From positions 411,689 through 452,796 of the forward strand of contig JBNGIO010006327.1 in the NCBI GenBank assembly GCA_049999805.1: 41,108 bases of DNA, written 5' to 3'. The notes beneath the pieces were generated by a model, which searched no databases, had not been told where the DNA came from, and worked only from the letters and a program-made list of their open reading frames with translations. Shown piece after piece: positions 34,790 to 41,108 of this stretch (the first letter of the stretch is position 1; every line of letters begins with the position of its first letter). A program made the position numbers and the translations under genes. This DNA is from Folioceros fuciformis (Eukaryota).

Positions 34790-37504
34790 TCAGGCCCGTG
34801 AGCCAATGACAGGGGAATCCAAGTCGTCGTCCTCTCCAAGCCAGTGAGTTGGCGAAGTCGGATTTCTCCATTGCATCCGGGACGATGGCAGCATGGGCAT
34901 GGCGAACACAGACGTCGCAGGCAGCCCGTCTTGACCTAATCCCAAGCTTCTGGTGTAGGCAGCCTGCCAAGGCAGTTGCAAGCATTATGCGTCATACTAC
35001 TGTAGAGTTGACAAGCAAAGGCGGCACAAGGTGATTGATTCGCAGTGACCATCCATCACCTTTGCTCTGCTCATCACCGCCATTGCGTCTGACGCTACAT
35101 GTTGGACAAGTGACTTGCCGTCTTCCCTGGAGACGGAAGAAGGCCTGGGCAACAAACAGACGAGAAAGCGTGAGGAGAAGCAGACTCTGTATCGGCACCC
35201 TCTGCTTAGAAGTTAGAAAGAGATTATGCATTGCCATTCTGCATCTCCTAAGCACAGGAGGGAGGCTTACGTACACTTCGGCGATCGACATCATGAGGGG
35301 AGATGATTCGCTTTCCTCACTTGCTGCCAGTAGCATTACATCACGACCTTGACCTGTTCATGAATTCGAATAAATCAGTCAGGACATGAGAGCAAATATT
35401 GATATGTAATGACGTGCACCAAAAGATACTTCCGAACCTTTGGGACTTTCAGGCGCGAGCAGAAACATGCCGATAAACAAGGAACATACACCAACACCAA
35501 ACATCGTGGCTCTAAATCCATCGAATACCTGAAACATCCCAGAAAGCTAGACGTGAGAATCCGATTTCTTACGAAGCGTAAATCATCAAAAGAAAGAAAG
35601 CGCGAATACTCTGGCAACCTGGTATTCCTGAAAGTAGATGAAGCCAGTTACGATGGAAAAGAAGGTCCACACGATTTGCAGCATTGGCACGATGAGGATA
35701 GCATCAAACATGGAAAGTCCATCATTCAACCGGGCCATCTGCATCCACATCAAATCCCGATTTGGGGACATCACACTCAGGGAGGAAAACGAGATGGTTG
35801 CAGGCCGAAATTCACCTGAAATGATGTTTTCTTTTGACTGAGTTACTTGAGGCAAACGAAAAAAACGCACTAGCCTTACCTAGGGTTGCCTACACAGCAA
35901 ATTCAGGACAAACATAGAACGGAGGTCTGAAGTCCACAAACAGTCAGAGTGCCTACCCAAAATGACGCCGTCACCAGAAACAGAACAAGAACAGCATAGG
36001 TGAACCACCCATCCAACTGACTCTCCCCGTTCATTGTTAATCGTAGCAGAATTGATCTGTAAGGCGTAGAATGCGATTCAGGAGGAGTGGACTTGCATAT
36101 GATCAGCAGCGAAACATGTCAACAGCACAAACCTTCACAGCGCTGGTTATAGGAGCACGTACAAGGACTTTGCAAATAACACGGAATGAGTTCCGATAGC
36201 GCCTGATACCATAGCATACGATAAAGGAATAACCGTTCTCCAGTGTGGTGACAGGTCTCCCTCCTTTCGTGCAGCAAGCTCAGTTCCACGTCTTCATAAA
36301 AGTTCAAAAAACAAGACTAGTTAACCTCAAGAACTAGTAGCATCTCATGCACTATACGGCATGACAGTTGCTCGGGTGCCCAGATATTGCGCAACACATC
36401 ACTGGTAAGATTCTAGATTCATACCTGTACACTGCATGAAGGGAGACAACAATGACCACAAGAAACGCACAGTATCCAAGGTAGATGTGGTTTGTGTATT
36501 TCTCAAGTAACTCATCATGCGTATAAACTGCAGCAAGATCAACAAACACCAGGATTCACTACAAAGAATGCATCTTAAGCCAATCTTGACCACATGACCA
36601 GACACTTGTGCATCAATGGCTAATGCTCTGAAATGGAAATCAGGAGCATCGAACAAAGTGAAGCGAGTGTAACCTGGCCTTACTAAGAGATTGGTGGTTC
36701 CCGAAGGAAACAAAGAAGATATTGCCAATCACAATGAATACGGTAGCCATAAGTACCCTGTAACCGACAAGAGTGCACAGATCATTCAGAAGATCGACAA
36801 TTGCTATCCAGTTCAAAAGAGGGTATCAAGAGTTCAAATGCCTCACCAATGATTCACTGACTCGCCCAAAACCCAGTAGGCAAAGCCGACATTAGAAACA
36901 AATTGTACCGATCCCAAGGCCGCAAGCAAAGACTGTTAAGCCACTACAACTGTCATGGGTTAGATTTTATGAGACATTATCTTGGTATTCTTGCAAAAGC
37001 TTTGAACAACCAACCAAAAGTACCTGAGCTGCGTATCCGAAAGAAAGGAAGTTTATAAAGTTTCCAAGGGCGAATACCAGAACACCTAATCCGTCAACAG
37101 AAAAGAACCTGTAGTCAGGCACGCGTCCAGAGGCTAGCAGTATCCAGACCACTCCTTGTGATGCACACGTGTATTGTCTATCCCATGTAAAACGCCAACG
37201 GACATACCAATACGCCAGGCTGAAAATTGAGAGATGTGTTTCTTTACAACGGTCTTCTCTCCTGACAAAGCTGCCTCGTGAGCTGCGACTCTTTCTCTCT
37301 GAAGAAAACACAGAAGACAAATAATGATTCCCACTGCATCCATTTCAAGCCTCCTGAAGACATCGTTTCGAACAAAGAACACGAGGTGGATCGAACCCGT
37401 TGTGCCCTGACCTCATTGTGTCCAAGTTTGAGCAGATTCGTCCCTAGGTTGATGCCAATGCTGCCCACTACATTCATGACTGCTCCCACGATCCATTCTC
37501 CCAT
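34790..37504 (-). CDS. NIPA-family probable magnesium transporter (NIPA8-like), ~13 exons
   Basis: MGEWIVGAVMNVVGSIGINLGTNLLKLGHNE, GNFINFLSFGYAAQ/SLLAALGSVQFVSN, GNIFFVSFGNHQS, SVLFAKSL/SILLR, MARLNDGLSMFDAILIVPMLQIVWTFFSIVTGFIYFQEYQ, and last exon 34963-34790 (SLGLGQD..VFAMPM..SRA*). Confidence 0.92.
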
Positions 37505-38781
37505 TTCTCCCCTCCTTCTAGCTCACGATAAATCCTGCTTCGGCATACTCACAGCGCGCCGGAGCCTACACAGGTTCATCAACTTCCTGCATCCCCACAC
37601 GGCGGCATTACGCACATAATCCTCGCCAGCGCCAGATGCGCACGACGCAGAGCAAGCACACGCCAATTGCACACTGACCTGCGCCCGAGATGCCAACAGA
37701 GACGTTTTCAACGAAAGAATGACATAACAACGCCACACAACCAGCCACGAGATTCACGTGCAAGGGGACCTGGATCGCTTGCTTAGGTCTACATTGCCCC
37801 GACTTCCGCACGGCAAGCATCCAACAACCGCAAACACACAGAAGAAGGAGAGAGCACCTCGGACGGCAGCCTCCCACGCCCCGTACAAGGCCACCTAATT
37901 CTCCAACCCGCGCCACAGTGGCACAGCGTAGTGTGACAAAAACGCGCGGGCTCCTGCAGATCGGCAGAATTGGAATCTACCGGTGTCGCGCAGATCTCCG
38001 GGTCCCAGGCGCAGTCTGAGGTGATGGAGCTCCCCGCGAGCCCCTGCACCATCCAGCAAACAAAGAGCTGGAGACGTGCCGCTCCCGGCGTGCGGCACGG
38101 CCAAGGCAGCACCCTGCCTGGATCGGAGCCGAGATCAGGGAAAGCGGTCGCAAGAAGACGGCGAGAGCCGGCACCCGGCGGCAACGTCGCCGTCTACAAC
38201 AGAGATCCTCGTGGGACAGCCGAGCCTCCCTTCGGCCTCCTCTGCACTCCTCGAGCCTTTTTACCCGCAGTTTTTGTAGGAGGAGCAGGCCATCTGGCAG
38301 TGCCCAGGCTAACGCGTCCCCGATCTGGTCCACCACTCCTGTCAAGGCCCCTTCCACATTACTGGATTGCCGTGCCTTCGTTTCCACATTTTTTTCACCC
38401 TTCCTCTGTTTCTTTTAAAATGCACACTGGCATGCCAAGGCCATTTAGGTCCGCAAACAAAAAGGAAGCTTGTCAAACAGTAGCCACATCGGCTGCGGCT
38501 GACCCAGGGGAGTACAGTACAGTACAGCTGTTTTCTCCCCGTTTTCCTTTTCTTACGAACACCCATTTTCTTTTACGAAGGAGTCCGAGATCGTCTCTCA
38601 GCCGTTCGCGTCATTCCGTTATGAAGCAAGGATGAAGCAAGGGTTCGGAAGCCCTCTTCTTCTTTTTCTTTTGTTTGTTCGACTTTTCAGCCCGTTAAGA
38701 AGCTCGTGGGAATGAAGGCGACTGCGACTGCGACTGCACCTGGCCTGTCATCCTTCCTCCATCTTCGTTTTTTGAGTCACA

Positions 38782-38790
38782 AAACCCTAA
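38782..38790 (+). promoter_or_regulatory. Telo-box (AAACCCTAA) upstream of the RING gene
   Basis: Exact motif following a pyrimidine-rich stretch. Confidence 0.45.
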
Positions 38791-39452
38791 ACGTGGCTTC
38801 TGCACCGACACCGACCCGGGGTTTCAATTGGCCGGTAGTTTCTTTGTCCAGTTGGTGGCCATGGCTGTCGGGCTGCCGTCCCTGACGGCGAGCCTGCGTG
38901 AGTGCAGGACGAGGAGGAGGTAGAGACGCTCGCTTCCTCCGGCTCCGATCTTAAAGAGCACTCCAGGCGATGGTCAGGAGGAGGAGGAGGAGCTGGGGAC
39001 GCTCGCATCCTCCGGGTTCGATAACGGAGGGCGCGCGCCAGGCGATGGCGAGAGTGCTTGCCCGGGCTGCGCTGCCGCATTGTCCGGGTCTCCAGGCAGC
39101 GCAGGAGAGGCATCGCAGGGAGCCTCGGGCAGCGAGGCCGGATCATCCGCCACAAATTTCGGGCAGGCATGACCACCTGTTTAGGGGGAGCAGGTCAGGT
39201 CCTGGAGACGCATCCGCGTGGGAGACAACGCTTGAGGCGGAGGGTTGTCGATTCAGTCCCTGCCTTTCCGCGGCAGCAGGAGCAAGAGGCAGAATTGCGC
39301 GCAGGAGAGGACATGTATACGGATTGCGCGATGAGGGCGTGCATGCGTGCGCGTGAAAGAGGAGGTGGATTCTTGGCGCAGGACAGAGTACTGAGGATGA
39401 AACGGGACTCACTCGCGTAGGGGGAGCAGAAGGAGGTGAGGAGGAGGTAGAG

Positions 39453-40480
39453 ATGGCCAGCAGTTCTCACATGGCGGGGTCGGTGTGTCCGGCGTGCGGC
39501 AGGTCGCTGGCCTCCGGCTTGGAGCCGACGAGGATCAGCACCTGCGGCCACACCTTCCATATGGATTGTCTCTGCGAGGCCTTGTACGCGCATGTGACCT
39601 CGAACCTGACTCCCGCGGGCTGCCCCAAGTGCGACGCGGAGGTGGTGCGGCCCCCGAAGCCGGACGTGAAGCACCTGATGGCGTCCGAGATCCGCGAAAA
39701 GGGTCGCATTTGCACGGAGGCGGACGCCTGGCACCGGGTGCACAACAAGCTGAGGCAGCAGCGGGACCATGAGTGCAACCGGTTNNNNNNNNNNNNNNNN
39801 NNNNNNNNNNNNNNNNNNNNNNNNNNNNNNNNNNNNNNNNNNNNNNNNNNNNNNNNNNNNNNNNNNNNNNNNNNNNNNNNNNNNTGGGGATGCCGGTGCC
39901 TTCGCGCTCGGAGCTGGCCGTGATCCGCCAGAAGACCAACTTCTTCGAGATGGTGAACGCGTGCTGGGTGTGCCGGAAGGCGCTGATCCAGGATGTGTGG
40001 GTGACCCTGCCCGAGTGCAAACACGCCGTCCACATGCGCTGCGTCATGCACAAGTGGTGGAACCCGCAGTGGTACGCGTATTGGCACGGGATCGGCTACC
40101 CGTGCCCGCTCTGCGAGGAGGCCAACGTCTGCCCTAAGAGCGACGACGTGAACTGGGATTGGAGCTTCATCCGCATGGCCGGCGACCATCTCCGGGAGCT
40201 CCCCATCGACGGCCTCTGGTACGCCATGATGTACGCCATCAGGAGGCAGAGCAAGGGGAAGCGGTACCCGGACACCTACTACGCCTCGCCTCTGGGCAAG
40301 CGGGAGTACCGGGAGGTGATGGACGAGTTGAGCAGGGATAAGAATTATGTCCCGAAGCGCGATGTCCGCCCCCGCGTCAACAATCAGGACAGCATTTCAC
40401 TCCCTCGCTACTACGACGACGAGGGACGACATGAAGCTGCAAAGGACCAGGTCCCGGACGTGGACATGTACGAGGACTAG
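39453..40480 (+). CDS. Protein with two RING-H2 (C3H2C3) zinc fingers, putative E3 ubiquitin ligase; spans an N gap and may have upstream exons
   Basis: RING1 CPAC..CGHTFHMDC..CPKC; RING2 CWVC..CKHAVHMRC..CPLC. High GC3. Collapsing the gap with a 1-bp overlap gives a continuous HECNRLGMPVPSRS frame. Confidence 0.75.
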
Positions 40481-41108
40481 GAGACGTAGACGAACGGGGA
40501 GCCGGTGGGCGAGGATCCGAGAAGGCGACCAGCTGGGACGCTGTTTGTGTCCTTCCTGGCTGTGTTGGGGCAGCGCCGCTTGAGGCGCCTGCGGGGTGGG
40601 CACAGGGCACCGCACCCTTTGTGTGCGACATGGCTGGACGGGCAGGCGGTGCTGGACGGCGCCGCGACCCTGAGATGCGGCCTTTTCCTTTTGTCTTGGT
40701 TACATCGCGGACAGTTTCAGCTCGTATGTGGAGGCGGCTATGGACTCCGAGGAGCCGGTACAGTGCCCCGACTGCAGGGCCGAGGTGGAGTGGCAGCCGC
40801 TGCCGCCGGTAGACAGGCTTATGCAGTTTCACGATCGGGTGACGGGGTGGACTTGAACGGGCTCAATGTTTTGGACATAGTCCACGTCCTAATGAGACGG
40901 GAGCGGGGCGACGAGAACCGGGCGGTGAGATTTGGCTACGTTCCGCAGTCTCACCAACTGTCTTGTAGATGTTCAACGGCTCAGGACGTGCGGGGAGCTG
41001 TTGGGAATTGATCGCTGGGTGACGCTCTCATTCTGCGGTCATCCACCACGCCGTCTGTTCAGTACGAGCGCCTCTATTGTCTTCACACGAGATCAAGTGT
41101 CCTCTGTG

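Larger units (their letters stand above)
1032..39884. other. Seven 100-N scaffold gaps: 1032-1131, 5527-5626, 14142-14241, 19628-19727, 22103-22202, 29994-30093, 39785-39884
   Basis: All runs are exactly 100 N, a placeholder length. Confidence 0.98.

Noticed and set aside
37608..38635. 100-220 aa ORFs upstream of the NIPA gene
   Set aside because: Low-complexity GC-rich translations; more plausibly 5'UTR, leader intron and promoter.

Overview
Eukaryotic land-plant nuclear DNA. The gene regions are compact and GC-rich with short (~80-300 nt) spliceosomal introns; a bryophyte such as a hornwort fits, but this is inference from architecture only. Left gene block (1-19.5 kb): HESO1-like terminal uridylyltransferase (runs off the left edge), intronless MacroD-type macrodomain protein, intronless TrhO/STR7-like rhodanese, TMEM120/TMPIT, RBM22/MAC5 splicing factor, a USP-kinase-U-box (PUB) gene, and a small ORF upstream of it. 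Middle (~22-31.5 kb): an AT-rich island of decayed transposons (PIF/Harbinger transposase + Myb ORF, an Athila-like LTR end with tRNA-Asp PBS, minisatellites). Right gene block (32.3-40.5 kb): a DUF4864-like probable plastid protein head-to-head with caffeoyl shikimate esterase, a NIPA8-like Mg transporter, and an intronless double RING-H2 gene. The seven 100-N gaps look like nominal joins with 0-47 bp overlaps. Collapsing them restores reading frames and exposes a hidden transit peptide on the macrodomain protein. No CRISPR, rRNA or tRNA genes were seen, and I cannot claim a clearly new multi-gene system. The best leads are the 70-aa ORF, the double RING-H2 protein, the HESO1 N-terminal repeat motif and a candidate newborn cassette exon.
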